DNA of 64,000 bases from contig JAXDQU010000106.1 of NCBI GenBank assembly GCA_034667685.1, positions 84,043 through 148,042 of the forward strand. Direction: 5' to 3'. This DNA comes from Thermoplasmata archaeon (GTDB lineage Archaea > Thermoplasmatota > SW-10-69-26 > JACQPN01 > JAJPHT01). A program made the translations under genes and the position numbers. The notes under the pieces were generated by a model. It searched no databases. It worked only from the letters and a program-made list of their open reading frames with translations, and was not told the origin of the DNA. Shown piece by piece: positions 27,653-37,824 of this stretch. The number at the start of each line of letters is the position of its first letter. The stretch's first letter is position 1.

Positions 27653-29914
27653 TTACTGCTGCGCCTCCACGACCGCAATCGCCGCCATATTCACAACGTC
27701 CCGCACGTCGTCGCCGCGCTGGAGGATGTGGACCGGCTTCGCCATGCCCGCGAGGATCGGCCCGGTCATCTCGGCCTCGGAGAGGCGCTGGAGCAGCTTG
27801 TAGGCGATGTTCGCGCTCTGGAGGTCGGGGAAGACCAGCACGTTGGCGGGCTCGCGCAGCTTGCTGAAGGAGTATTCCGCGAGCAGCTCCGGGACCACGG
27901 CGGTGTCGGCCTGCATCTCGCCATCCACCTCGAGGTCGGGCGCCTTCTGCTTCACGATCTCGACGGCGCGCGCGACCTTCTCCGCGAAGGGGTGGCGCGT
28001 GCTGCCGAAGTTGCTGAACGAGAGCATGGCGACGCGCGGGGCGACGTCGAACTGGCGCGCGACCTTGGCCGTCTCGATCGCGATGTCGGCCAGGTCCTCC
28101 GCCGTGGGGTCGATGTTGACCGTCGCGTCGGCCAGGAAGAAGACGCGGTTCTTGAGCGTCATCATGTACATGCCCACCGCGCGGCGCGCGCCCTTCCTGG
28201 TGCCGATGATCTGGAGCGCGGGCCGGAGCGCGTCGGGGTAGTGCGTGGTCAGGCCGCCCACGAGCGCGTCGGCCTCGCCCAGGCGCACCATCATGGCGCC
28301 CCAGGCGTGGCGCGTGCGCAGGGTGATATCAGCTTCCGAGCGCGTGACGCCCTTGCGCCCGCGCATCTTCCAGAGCTCCTCGACGTAGCGCGCGCGGTCG
28401 GGGCTCGTGCGCACGTCCACGACCTGCGCCGGGAAGTCGAGGTGCAGCTCCTTCTTCTTGGCCTCGACGAGGACGGGATCGCCCAGGAGGATCGGGATCG
28501 CCACGCCCTCGTCGTGGAGGATCTGGCAGGCGCGCAGGATCTTCTCGTCCTGGCCTTCAGGGAAGACGACGCGCTTGGGCTGGCGCTTCGCCTTGTTGAG
28601 CACGATGCGCATCATCTCGCGCGCCTTGCCCAGCCGCGCCTCCAATTCCTCGGTGTACTTCACGAGGTCGATCTGCTTGCGCGCGACGCCCGATTCCATG
28701 GCCGCGCGGGCGACGGCCGGCGCCACGTGGAGCAGCACGCGCGGATCGAACGGCTTGGGGATCACGTAGTCGGGCCCGAACGCGATCGGATCGCCGCCGT
28801 ACGCGCGGATCACCTCGTCGGGCACGTCGGTCTTCGCGAGGTCGGCGAGCGCCTTGGCCGCCGCGACCTTCATCGCCTCGTTGATCGCCTTCGCGCGGAC
28901 GTCCAGCGCGCCGCGGAAGATGTACGGGTAGCCCAGCACGTTGTTGACCTGGTTGGGGAAGTCGCTCCGGCCCGTGCCCACGATGGCGTCGGGCCGCGCG
29001 CGCTTCGCGTCGTCGTACGGGATCTCCGGGTCGGGGTTCGCCAGCGCGAAGATCACCGGGCGGGGCGCCATGCCCTTGAGCATCTCGGGCGTCACGAGCC
29101 CCTTCACCGAGAGGCCCACGAAGACGTCGGCGCCCTGGAGCGCGTCCGCGATCGTGCGGCGCCCGTCGTCGGCCTGCGCGAACTCCTCCTTGTAGGGGTT
29201 CATGCCCTCCTTGCGCCCGCGGTACACGACGCCCTTGGAGTCCACGAGCGTGATGCGCTCGCGCCTGCACCCCAGCTCGACGTAGAAGCGCGCGCACGCG
29301 ATGCTCGCCGCCCCCGCGCCGCTCACGACGATGCGCACCTGGTCGAGCCGCTTGCCGGTGATGCCCATCGCGTTGACGATGCCCGCACCGCTGATGATGG
29401 CCGTGCCGTGCTGGTCGTCGTGGAAGATCGGGATCTCGCAGATGCCGCGCAGCTTCTCCTCGATGTAGAAGCACTCGGGCGCTTTGATATCTTCGAGGTT
29501 CACGGCGCCGAAGGTGGGCGTGAGGTTCTTCACGACGTTGACGAACTCGTCGGGGTCCTGCGTGCTGACCTCGATGTCGAAGACGTCGATGTCGGCGAAC
29601 TTCTTCATCAGCACGCCCTTCCCCTCCATCACGGGCTTGCCGGCCGCCGCGCCGATGTTGCCCAGCCCGAGCACCGCCGTGCCGTTGCTGATGACGGCCA
29701 CGAGGTTGCCCTTCGCCGTGTAGCGGTACGCGAGGTCCGCGTCCTTCGCGATCTCCAGGCAAGGAATGGCAACGCCCGGCGAGTACGCGATCGAGAGGTC
29801 GCGCTGCGTCGCGGTGGGCTTGGTGGGCACGACGCTGATCTTGCCGCGCGGCTCGCGGCTGTGATAGTCGAGGACTTCCTGGTCGGTGAACCGGCGCGGG
29901 CCGTGCTCGGTCAT
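27653..29914 (-). CDS. maeB: NADP-dependent malic enzyme fused to a phosphotransacetylase-like domain
   Basis: [41 protein letters not shown], then the PTA-like domain (DGEMQAD, ANIAYKL). Confidence 0.95.
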   Translation of the reverse strand: MTEHGPRRFTDQEVLDYHSREPRGKISVVPTKPTATQRDLSIAYSPGVAIPCLEIAKDADLAYRYTAKGNLVAVISNGTAVLGLGNIGAAAGKPVMEGKGVLMKKFADIDVFDIEVSTQDPDEFVNVVKNLTPTFGAVNLEDIKAPECFYIEEKLRGICEIPIFHDDQHGTAIISGAGIVNAMGITGKRLDQVRIVVSGAGAASIACARFYVELGCRRERITLVDSKGVVYRGRKEGMNPYKEEFAQADDGRRTIADALQGADVFVGLSVKGLVTPEMLKGMAPRPVIFALANPDPEIPYDDAKRARPDAIVGTGRSDFPNQVNNVLGYPYIFRGALDVRAKAINEAMKVAAAKALADLAKTDVPDEVIRAYGGDPIAFGPDYVIPKPFDPRVLLHVAPAVARAAMESGVARKQIDLVKYTEELEARLGKAREMMRIVLNKAKRQPKRVVFPEGQDEKILRACQILHDEGVAIPILLGDPVLVEAKKKELHLDFPAQVVDVRTSPDRARYVEELWKMRGRKGVTRSEADITLRTRHAWGAMMVRLGEADALVGGLTTHYPDALRPALQIIGTRKGARRAVGMYMMTLKNRVFFLADATVNIDPTAEDLADIAIETAKVARQFDVAPRVAMLSFSNFGSTRHPFAEKVARAVEIVKQKAPDLEVDGEMQADTAVVPELLAEYSFSKLREPANVLVFPDLQSANIAYKLLQRLSEAEMTGPILAGMAKPVHILQRGDDVRDVVNMAAIAVVEAQQ

Positions 29915-29995
29915 GGGGAACGCTGCGGCACTCGCCGCCGCGGGAAAATAGGTGTTGGGTGCTCCCGCGCTCCGCATGCGGAGCCAAAAGGGGGG

Positions 29996-30715
29996 CTATT
30001 CCTCCCCCTCGTACTTCATCAGCTCGCGCCACTCGGACGAGCGCCCCTCGCCCTGGCCCCAGCCCAGCCAGTATTGCAGCTCGCTGTCGTTGCGCTCGGC
30101 CTCGACGAACGGGTTCCAGAGGAGCGTGGTCAGGCCGTTGGGCAGCAGGAGCAGGATGCCCATGAGACGCGCGAAGGCCTCCTCGCGCAGGAGGAGCCCC
30201 TGGTGCTCGTCGAGGACGACCAGCGAGCGGCCCGGCAGCAGGTTGTGCTCCTTGAGCGTCTTGGCCCAGCCGCGCTCGCGGGCGGCGTCGACGCGCGTGT
30301 CGGCGCTCTCGGGGACGGGCGTTCGGTGCTCGAAGAGCGTGACGCGCCCGTAGATCGCGTGCACGATGTCGAACTCGCGCAGGCCCGTGGCGCGCGCGTC
30401 GACCGCGAGCAGCACGTGCCCGGTGGCGGCGCGGGAGAGGTGCGCGCGCAGCACGCCTGCGAGGTCGTCCCCCGGCTGCATCCTCACGTAGGCGACGCGC
30501 ATCGTGATCTTGGCGTCGGCCGCGAGGAACGCCGGATCGTCCCACGTGAACGCGGGGAACGAGACGCGCTTGCGGTGCTCCGCCACGAAGAGGGCGAAGT
30601 CCAGCAGGCCCTGGAGGCTCGCGGGATCGCCCTCGCGCGGCGCGTCCTCGACGCCCTGCTCGGCCAGGGAGGCGAGAAGCTCGTCGGGCGGGGGAAGGGC
30701 GCGCTGGCGGACCAC
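29996..30715 (-). CDS. Hypothetical protein
   Basis: Long ORF with typical codon usage, divergent from truA. Confidence 0.65.
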   Translation of the reverse strand: MVRQRALPPPDELLASLAEQGVEDAPREGDPASLQGLLDFALFVAEHRKRVSFPAFTWDDPAFLAADAKITMRVAYVRMQPGDDLAGVLRAHLSRAATGHVLLAVDARATGLREFDIVHAIYGRVTLFEHRTPVPESADTRVDAARERGWAKTLKEHNLLPGRSLVVLDEHQGLLLREEAFARLMGILLLLPNGLTTLLWNPFVEAERNDSELQYWLGWGQGEGRSSEWRELMKYEGEE

Positions 30716-30771
30716 GGCGCGGGCAGGACGGCCAGGCTCCTATTTGTTGCGGGAGCCCGCTCCGGGCGCGC

Positions 30772-31548
30772 TTGCGGTACGCGGTCAGGGTGGCCTACGA
30801 CGGGACACGCTTCGCCGGCAGCCAGGTCCAGCCGGGTATGCGCACGGTCCACGGCGAGGTCGCCCGCGCGCTGCGCGAGATCGACCCGGAGGCGCCGCTC
30901 GGGCTGCGCTGGGCCGGCCGCACCGACGCGGGCGTCTCCGCGCGCGGCAACGTCGTCGCGTTCGAGACGACCCACCCGGCGGAGTCGCTCTGCGCGGCGC
31001 TCACCTTCCGCATGGAGGACGCATGGTGCTGGGCCCTCGCGCCCGTGGACGCCGCGTTCGAGCCGCGCCACGCCAGGCTGCGCCTCTACCGCTACTTCCT
31101 GCGCAGCGGCGCCGACGCGGCCGCGGTCGGGAAGGCGCTGCGCCCGTTCGTGGGCACGCACGACTTCACCGCGTTCTGCCGCCTCGAAGAGGGCGTCAAC
31201 CCGACGCGCACCGTGCGCGAGGTCGCCGCGTGGCGCGACGGCCCCTTCCTCGTGCTGGACATCGCGGGCGAGTCCTTCCTCTGGAACCAGGTGCGCCGCA
31301 TGGTGGAGGCCGCGCGCCGCGAAGCCGCGGGCGAGATCGCACCCGGAAGGATCGCGGACGCCTTGGCCGCGGGGAAGCCCGCGGACCTCGGCACCGCCGC
31401 GCCCGAAGGCCTCGTCCTGCTCGACGTGCGGTACGACGGCCTCGCATGGACGCCGGCGCCCGCGAAGGTCACGGCGCGCATGGCGGCGCACTTCGAGCCC
31501 GCTGAGCTGGCGGTGGCGCGCGGCCGCGCGATGCGGGAGGGCGCCTGA
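30772..31548 (+). CDS. truA: tRNA pseudouridine(38-40) synthase
   Basis: YDGTRFAGSQVQP, AGRTDAGVSA, GTHDFTAF, SFLWNQVRRMV. Confidence 0.93.
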   Translation: MRYAVRVAYDGTRFAGSQVQPGMRTVHGEVARALREIDPEAPLGLRWAGRTDAGVSARGNVVAFETTHPAESLCAALTFRMEDAWCWALAPVDAAFEPRHARLRLYRYFLRSGADAAAVGKALRPFVGTHDFTAFCRLEEGVNPTRTVREVAAWRDGPFLVLDIAGESFLWNQVRRMVEAARREAAGEIAPGRIADALAAGKPADLGTAAPEGLVLLDVRYDGLAWTPAPAKVTARMAAHFEPAELAVARGRAMREGA

Positions 31549-32021
31549 TGCGCGTCGGCCTCATCTCGGACACCCATGACAACGCCCCGGCGGTGCGCCA
31601 CGCGGCGCGCTTCTTCCTGGAGCAGGGCGTGGACCTCGTGCTGCACCTGGGCGACGTGTGCGAGCCCGAGACGTTCGCGCTCCTCGAAGGGCTCCCCGTG
31701 CAGGCCGTGCGCGGCAACAACGACGTCGCCCTCGCGCGCCTCCCCGACTCGTGGCAATCCAACCTCGCGGGCATCGACGTCTTCGCGACGCACGGCCACA
31801 TCCCCGGCATGATCCGCGGCGCCGTCGGGCGCGTCGACCTGATCCTGCACGGCCACACGCACAAGCGCCGCCTCACGAGATTCGACCGCTCGCTCGTCGT
31901 CAACCCGGGCGCGTTGTGGCGCTGCAAGGAAAGGACCATCGCGATCCTGACGCTGCCTAGCCTGGAGGTCGCGTTCTTCCCCGTGGGGGAGGACGGCGTC
32001 CGCCCCGCGCTGGCTGAGTAA
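31548..32021 (+). CDS. YfcE/MJ0936-type metallophosphoesterase
   Basis: SDTHDN, HLGD, GNND, HGH, HGHTH, NPG; stop/start overlap with truA. Confidence 0.9.
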   Translation: MRVGLISDTHDNAPAVRHAARFFLEQGVDLVLHLGDVCEPETFALLEGLPVQAVRGNNDVALARLPDSWQSNLAGIDVFATHGHIPGMIRGAVGRVDLILHGHTHKRRLTRFDRSLVVNPGALWRCKERTIAILTLPSLEVAFFPVGEDGVRPALAE

Positions 32022-32052
32022 CATTCAGGACCCCTCGTGCCTACCCGCCCGC

Positions 32053-33549
32053 GTGCGAAGGCTTCTCCCGACCCTTCTCGTCGCGATCCTGGCCGGGTGC
32101 GTGCACGCCGCCGCCCCGCCCGCCACGCCGAGCCCCGAACCCCTCGCGGCCGCCGTGACCCCCGCCGCGCCCGACGCGGTCGTGACGTGCTGGCTCCTCG
32201 ACGCGAACGAGACGCCGCTGGACGAGGGCACGTGCGGCTTCGGCTGGGACGGCCAGGAGCGCGAGCTGCGCGTCGACGCGCGGGGCGAGGCCAACGTCTC
32301 CCTCGCGCCTGGCACCAGGCTGGCCCTCACGGGACGGGCCCCGGGCTACGCGGAGCTGCGCCTCGCGTTCGTGGCCAACGCCAGCCGCGTCGTGCCGCTC
32401 CACCTCGTCCGCAACCTCACCGGGGCGCCGGTCGCCGCGCCGCCCCCGTCCGTGCCCGCCCTCGACCCGCGCGCATGGCTTCCCCCGGTCGTCGTGGCTG
32501 AAGGCGTCAACGAGCCTTTCCTCGCGGTCGCGCCCGACGGCACCCTCTACGACGCGCCGCTGAACAGCCTCTACGCGAGCCGCGACGGGGGCGCGACGTG
32601 GCGCGACGTGAGCCCCTCCACGGCGCTCCCCACCCTGGCGAGCGACGCGAGCTTCAGCGTCGCGCCCGACGGCACGCTCTGGTACGCGCGGCTCTGGGGC
32701 TACGCCGGAGGCACGCTCGCGTGCGCGAGCCACGACGCGGCGGCGAGCTGGTCCTGCAACAACCTCGCGCTGCCGGGCCTGACCGACCGGATGGCCATCC
32801 TGGGCCTCGGGGGCGATGCCGCCGACCTCCAGAGCAACGAGGGCACGGAGCAGGCCGTCTGGGCCCAGACCACCAACGGCGGCCTCACCTTCGTCCCCTA
32901 CGCCACCGACGCGGGGGGCGTCGAGAGCACGAGGCTGGGCAACATGGCCTACGACGCGACGCACCGCGCAGCCTGGCAAGTCGGGTACGCCTCCACGGGC
33001 GTCGTGCTCGTGCCGCTGGGCCAGGGGCCCCTCGTCACCGCGGCGTGCGCGACGGGCGTCCCCGCCGGCCTCGCCCTGCCGAGCCTCGCGGAGAGCCGTG
33101 GAGTCCTCTGGGTCGCCGAGGAATCGGACGCGGGCCTCCAGATCGCCAGGAGCGGGGACGGCTGCGCGCGCTGGGACCACTGGACCGTCCCCGTGCAGCC
33201 CGCGCGGACCGCCCTGGCCGCCGTCGCCGCGCGCGGTCCCGACGTCGCCGTGGCGTTCTATGGGAGCGACGGGGCCACCTGGAGCGTCTACGTCGTGCGC
33301 ACGCAGGACGCACTCGACGCCTCCCCCACGTGGGTCGAGGAGCGGGTGGTCCGCGGCGTCCACTCGGGCGACCTCTGTATCGCGCTCAACTGCGATCCCA
33401 CCGGCGCGACGGGCGACCGCTTCGCGGGCGACTTCATGGGCGTCGCCATCGCCAGGGACGGCAGCGCGCTGGTGGCCTACAACGACGACCTCTCGCGGCC
33501 CGGCCACGATCCCACGATGTTCGTGCGCGAGGCGCCGCGCGGCCGATAG
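32053..33549 (+). CDS. Lipoprotein with BNR/Asp-box (sialidase-like) beta-propeller
   Basis: Lipobox LAGC; SRDGGATW and TTNGGLTF Asp-boxes; C-terminal GDFMGVA. Confidence 0.8.
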   Translation: MRRLLPTLLVAILAGCVHAAAPPATPSPEPLAAAVTPAAPDAVVTCWLLDANETPLDEGTCGFGWDGQERELRVDARGEANVSLAPGTRLALTGRAPGYAELRLAFVANASRVVPLHLVRNLTGAPVAAPPPSVPALDPRAWLPPVVVAEGVNEPFLAVAPDGTLYDAPLNSLYASRDGGATWRDVSPSTALPTLASDASFSVAPDGTLWYARLWGYAGGTLACASHDAAASWSCNNLALPGLTDRMAILGLGGDAADLQSNEGTEQAVWAQTTNGGLTFVPYATDAGGVESTRLGNMAYDATHRAAWQVGYASTGVVLVPLGQGPLVTAACATGVPAGLALPSLAESRGVLWVAEESDAGLQIARSGDGCARWDHWTVPVQPARTALAAVAARGPDVAVAFYGSDGATWSVYVVRTQDALDASPTWVEERVVRGVHSGDLCIALNCDPTGATGDRFAGDFMGVAIARDGSALVAYNDDLSRPGHDPTMFVREAPRGR

Positions 33550-33579
33550 CGCCATCCACCGCGGCCACGATCCCCGCGC

Positions 33580-34041
33580 ATGGACCTGGAGAACCCGCCC
33601 GAGAACCCCTGCTTCGGCTGCGGTCCGCAGCACGCGCGGGGCCTGCGCCTCGCCTTCCGCCGCGAAGGGGACGAGCTCGTCACGACGCACGCCCCGCAGC
33701 CCGACGAGGTCGGGTGGCCCGGCCTCTTCCACACCGGGCTGCACTTCACGCTGCTCTACGAGGTCAGCTACTGGGCCGCGCTGGAGCTGACGGGCAAGGT
33801 CATGACCAGCTTCGGCCCCGCGACGTTCGACCAGGAGCGCCTTCCGCGGGTGGGCGCGGCCACGACGGCCCGCGCGCGCATCGTGGCGACCGATCCGCTC
33901 ACCGTCGAAGCCCGCACCACGAGCGCCGAAGGCAAGACGCAAGCCACGCTGCGGACGACGTGGCGGGCGGCGAGCCGCGCGAGGACCGAACGCGCCGGCA
34001 TCGCGCTGCCGGGTTATCTGACTGATAGCATGGAGCCGTGA
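33580..34041 (+). CDS. Hot-dog fold thioesterase (PaaI-like)
   Basis: CFGCGPQHARGLRL...GWPGLFHTG. Confidence 0.8.
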   Translation: MDLENPPENPCFGCGPQHARGLRLAFRREGDELVTTHAPQPDEVGWPGLFHTGLHFTLLYEVSYWAALELTGKVMTSFGPATFDQERLPRVGAATTARARIVATDPLTVEARTTSAEGKTQATLRTTWRAASRARTERAGIALPGYLTDSMEP

Positions 34042-34248
34042 TCAGCGGGGCGGCTCCGGCAGGAACCAGTGGATGAATCCGCACCTGGCGCAGACGTAGC
34101 ACGTGCCGCTCGCGTTCGCCCAGTCGAAGCCGAAGAAGGTCGCCGTGGAGGTGTTGAGCTGCGCCTCGCGGTCCCAGAACTCGTCGTGCCCGCAGTGGTG
34201 GCACAGGAGGGGCTTCCCGATCGTGACTTTCCGGGCAAGCGGGGGCAT
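34042..34248 (-). CDS. Small zinc-ribbon protein
   Basis: CHHCGHDEF...LNTSTATFFGFDWAN...CARCGFIHWF. Confidence 0.8.
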   Translation of the reverse strand: MPPLARKVTIGKPLLCHHCGHDEFWDREAQLNTSTATFFGFDWANASGTCYVCARCGFIHWFLPEPPR

Positions 34249-34286
34249 GCGCTCCGATGCGCAGGATCCTGCTTCAGCGTTGGCGG

Positions 34287-36284
34287 TCACCCGAACGCGA
34301 CCTTCTTCTCCTTCTCCGCGCGCGCCGCCGCGTCCTCCGCGAGCAGCCGCGCGATCTCGCCACGGTTGAACACGTTGCTCTCTTCGGCGAGGACGAGGTT
34401 CTGGTCCGCCTCCTTCCTGAGCAGGATCTTCACCATGCGCTCGTCGATCGTCTCGGGCGTGACGAAGAATTCCACCTGCACGGGGCGGTCCTGGCCGATG
34501 CGGTGGACGCGGTCCATGGCCTGCGCGTGCACGGCGGGCGTCCAACCCAGGTGGACGAAGAGGACGAAGCGCGCCGCGGTGAAGTTGAGGCCGATGCCGC
34601 CGGCCTCCATCTGCGCGAGGAGGATCTTCGGGCCGTGCTCGCTGCCGAAGGTCGTCGCCAATTCCTGGCGCTTGCGCGGGGGCGTGGAGCCATCGAGCAT
34701 CGCGGCGACCTCCGGAAAGGCGTCCTTCAATTGGCGCAGCGGCTCCAGGTAGTGGCTGTAGACGACGACGCTCTCGCCCGCGTCCAGAAGCTCCTGGACG
34801 CGCTCCTTGACGGGCTCGACGCGCGTGAGGGCGAGGTGCTGGCGGAGGCTGTGGATGGCGGCGAAGACGGCGACGTCGCTCTGCGCCTTGCGCATCGTCT
34901 CGGCGGCCTGCGCCTCGAGCTGACGGTACGCGCTCGCGTCGCGCGGCGCCATCTCGTGCTTGGTGATCGTGATCGTGCGCGGCGGAAGCTCGGCGAGCAC
35001 CTCGTCCTTGCGCCGGCGCAGGAGCACGTCGCGCGTGGCGCGCTGGAGGAAATCCGCCGCGAGGTTGCGGACGGCGCCGTAGCGGTTGAAGAGGCTCGCG
35101 TCGACCTTCCACGTGCGGCTGAACTCGGCGCGGCTCTGGAAGCGGCGCGGGTCGACCTGCTCCAGCAATTCGTAGTAGTCCTCGATGCCGTTGACGAGCG
35201 GCGTGCCGGTGAGCAGGAGGCGGCGCTTCTGGGGGAGCGCCTTGACGAGCTTGGCGCGCTGCGTCTCGGGGTTGCGGATGTAGTGCGCCTCGTCGAGGAT
35301 CAGCACGTCGCGGTGCGCCACGTGCGGGTCGCCGGCGTCGAGGTTGCGCAGCGCGTCGTACGTCGTGAGCAGGAATCGCCCGTGCGGGTTGCCGATCCAG
35401 CGCTGCTGGTGGTAGACGAGCGGCGCCTCGTCGGTGAAGCGCGACACCTCGTCGGCCCAGTTGTAGAGCACGTTGGCGGGCCCGACGACCAGGGCGCGCG
35501 CGTCCGCCGCCAGCACGGCCGCGATGGTCATGACGGTCTTGCCCAGGCCCATCTCGTCGGCGAGGATCGCGTCCAGGCCGCGGCCCACGAGGAAGCGCAC
35601 GCCCTCCTCCTGGTAGTGGCGCAGCTTGCCCTGGAAGTGCGGGATCGGGTCGGGCAGCACGGCCTCCTTGATATCACGGTGCTCGAAGGCGTCGGCGCGC
35701 TGCTTGAGCGCGGTGAGCTCCTTCTGCGCCTTCCAGAGGTCGTCCGCGCCGATGCCGCGCAGCGCGGCGCTGATCTCGCGCGCCTCGTCGCGCTGCTGCG
35801 CCTTGGCGGCCTCGCGCTCGCGCTGCTTGAGGCGGTCGAGCGCCTCGTCGAGCGCGATCAGGTCCTTGCGCGACTCGACGGCGAACTCGGGGCGATCGCG
35901 CGCCCAGACGGCCAGCTCGGTGCGCCCCGCGCGCAGCGCCGCGAGCGCTTCGGCCGGCTCCGCGTCGAGGAGCTTCAGCAGCGCGGGCACGTCGACCGGG
36001 CGCGCCTTGGCGTACGCCTCGCCCGCGCGGCCCAGCGTCACGGGCGCCTCGCCCGGCTCCGGCTCCAGCGTGGCGCGCAGGAGCATCGCGGCCTTCTGGA
36101 GCCTGGCGAAGGCCGGCTCGCGCACGAAGCGCGACCAGGAGAGCGCGCGCGGGTCGCGGTCCACCTCGATGGGCGCGCCCATCATGGCGAGCGACTTCCA
36201 GACGCGTGACTCGTCGGCCACGTCGTCCACGATGCGGACGTAGTAGCGGTCGGCCACCTTGCGGTAGCGCAGCTTCACGGGCAC
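34287..36284 (-). CDS. SNF2-family helicase/ATPase
   Basis: LADEMGLGKT, LDEAH, LTGTP, GIGLN, QAMDRVHRIGQ; start placed at GTG 36284 because a small divergent ORF occupies 36373-36510. Confidence 0.92.
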   Translation of the reverse strand: MPVKLRYRKVADRYYVRIVDDVADESRVWKSLAMMGAPIEVDRDPRALSWSRFVREPAFARLQKAAMLLRATLEPEPGEAPVTLGRAGEAYAKARPVDVPALLKLLDAEPAEALAALRAGRTELAVWARDRPEFAVESRKDLIALDEALDRLKQREREAAKAQQRDEAREISAALRGIGADDLWKAQKELTALKQRADAFEHRDIKEAVLPDPIPHFQGKLRHYQEEGVRFLVGRGLDAILADEMGLGKTVMTIAAVLAADARALVVGPANVLYNWADEVSRFTDEAPLVYHQQRWIGNPHGRFLLTTYDALRNLDAGDPHVAHRDVLILDEAHYIRNPETQRAKLVKALPQKRRLLLTGTPLVNGIEDYYELLEQVDPRRFQSRAEFSRTWKVDASLFNRYGAVRNLAADFLQRATRDVLLRRRKDEVLAELPPRTITITKHEMAPRDASAYRQLEAQAAETMRKAQSDVAVFAAIHSLRQHLALTRVEPVKERVQELLDAGESVVVYSHYLEPLRQLKDAFPEVAAMLDGSTPPRKRQELATTFGSEHGPKILLAQMEAGGIGLNFTAARFVLFVHLGWTPAVHAQAMDRVHRIGQDRPVQVEFFVTPETIDERMVKILLRKEADQNLVLAEESNVFNRGEIARLLAEDAAARAEKEKKVAFG

Positions 36285-36372
36285 CCGACTTTCGGCGCCG
36301 GCTTCAACGTTTGTCCCAGGAGGAATCTTCTTGGACCCCCGCGGGCCTGGCGCCGCCGGAGGCGCGGCCCCC

Positions 36373-36510
36373 ATGCTGAAGACCACCCTCGTCACCCTCT
36401 CGCTCGCCTTGGGCACGCTCACGTTCGCCGGCATCGCCCTCGCTCAGGACCCGCTGCATGGCGCCTGGACCTGCGGCGAGTGCGAGGCCTGCGGCAACCC
36501 GATCGTGTGA
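36373..36510 (+). CDS. 45-aa secreted Cys-rich peptide
   Basis: MLKTTLVTLSLALGTLTFAGIALA-QDPLHGAWTCGECEACGNPIV; signal peptide with ALA cleavage site; typical codons. Confidence 0.6.
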   Translation: MLKTTLVTLSLALGTLTFAGIALAQDPLHGAWTCGECEACGNPIV

Positions 36511-36517
36511 TCCCGCG

Positions 36518-37018
36518 ATGGCCGACCTCGGCTTCGATCTTCTCGCGCAGCCCAGCGTCGCGACGCTCCCCCCGTTTCGCTTCGCGCACCACCGCGTCCG
36601 GGGGCCCTACGTGCCGTGGGCGCGCGTGGCGACGCTCGACGCCCTCGCCGAGGCGCTGGAGCGCGCCGGCGTCGACCGCGTGGGGCCCGCCTTCGGTGTC
36701 TACCACGACATGCCCTACAGCCCGCGCGAGGCGACGCACTGGACCGCCGACCTGGGCTACCCCATCGCGGACGACGCCACGCTCCCCCCGCAGCCCGCCC
36801 TGCGCGTGCGCGACCTGCCCGCCGCGCGCGTCGTGGGCCTGCGCTACCGCGGCGACCTGGGCAGCTTCCCCGAGGCGTTGCAATACCTGCTCGAATGGAG
36901 CATGACGCGCGGCATCCCGCTGGAGGGTCCGTTGATGGAGCGCTTCCACGTCTCGAACGCGCTCACCGGCGAGGAGGAGCGCGACGTGTACGTGGCGCTC
37001 GCGCCGCTCGACGCCTAG
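36518..37018 (+). CDS. GyrI-like small-molecule-binding protein
   Basis: GPAFGVYHD, RDLPAARV...YRG...LLEWSMTRG...GPLMERF. Confidence 0.8.
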   Translation: MADLGFDLLAQPSVATLPPFRFAHHRVRGPYVPWARVATLDALAEALERAGVDRVGPAFGVYHDMPYSPREATHWTADLGYPIADDATLPPQPALRVRDLPAARVVGLRYRGDLGSFPEALQYLLEWSMTRGIPLEGPLMERFHVSNALTGEEERDVYVALAPLDA

Positions 37019-37620
37019 CCACTATTCGCAGCGCGATAGAACACACGTTCAGCGTCCTGGACGATCGAAGCGAGGTCATGCGCTTCAGAAACCGATGCGT
37101 GATAAAGAATGGGATCCTCGGAGACGGGGGAATGTTTCAGGTAGTACCACTGGGTCGTCGTCCTCTCAAGACCTGGATCCGAGTATGTGACGTTCAGTAC
37201 GTAGTAGATTGGTAGAGTGGTGTAGGTGACACCAAAGTCAACGTGGCCGCTGATTGGGGTCCCCGCGGGAATCTCATTGGCGTCCTCAAAACTGCCCGGA
37301 GTTTCCAAATTCGCTTTCTGAACGGAATCTATGGAAAGAACAGTCACCGTGAAATTGCCTGCGGCTCGCCCCCCGGTGTTCATGACCGAATAGTCGAGCC
37401 CGCGCGGACCGTTTGCAGTTGCGTTCCCTAGCAGATCAGACTGGAGTGAAAAGTACGGGCGCTGTTGGGCAAAGGCGCTGGCTTGGGTCTCCGCATTCTG
37501 CTTAATCGCGTCCTTGGCCACCGAAGCAGCTTGCCACGCGAATACTGCTGCCGCGACCGTAGCGGCGGCGACTGCGAGGTTCAGAACGACTTTGAGGCCA
37601 TGTTCCCAGCGTGAAGCCAT
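37015..37620 (-). CDS. Membrane-anchored hypothetical protein with atypical (lower GC) composition
   Basis: N-terminal TM then QQRPYF beta-rich domain; many A/T-ending codons. Confidence 0.65.
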   Translation of the reverse strand: MASRWEHGLKVVLNLAVAAATVAAAVFAWQAASVAKDAIKQNAETQASAFAQQRPYFSLQSDLLGNATANGPRGLDYSVMNTGGRAAGNFTVTVLSIDSVQKANLETPGSFEDANEIPAGTPISGHVDFGVTYTTLPIYYVLNVTYSDPGLERTTTQWYYLKHSPVSEDPILYHASVSEAHDLASIVQDAERVFYRAANSG

Positions 37621-37824
37621 TCGGCAGCGAAACCCCCATGCCGCCATAGTCTCTGCGCAAATCTCGCTGATGTTGCCACTGTTTCGAATGGAACTAAAAG
37701 AGAAATTGACCGCCACCGCCCTCGCGACCCGAGCATGCGGCGTACACCCCGCGGCGTCCGAACGCCGCCATGCGTAGCGCGGCTCCCACAACGCTTATCG
37801 CCGGAGGCGGGCGCTCGCCGCCCC

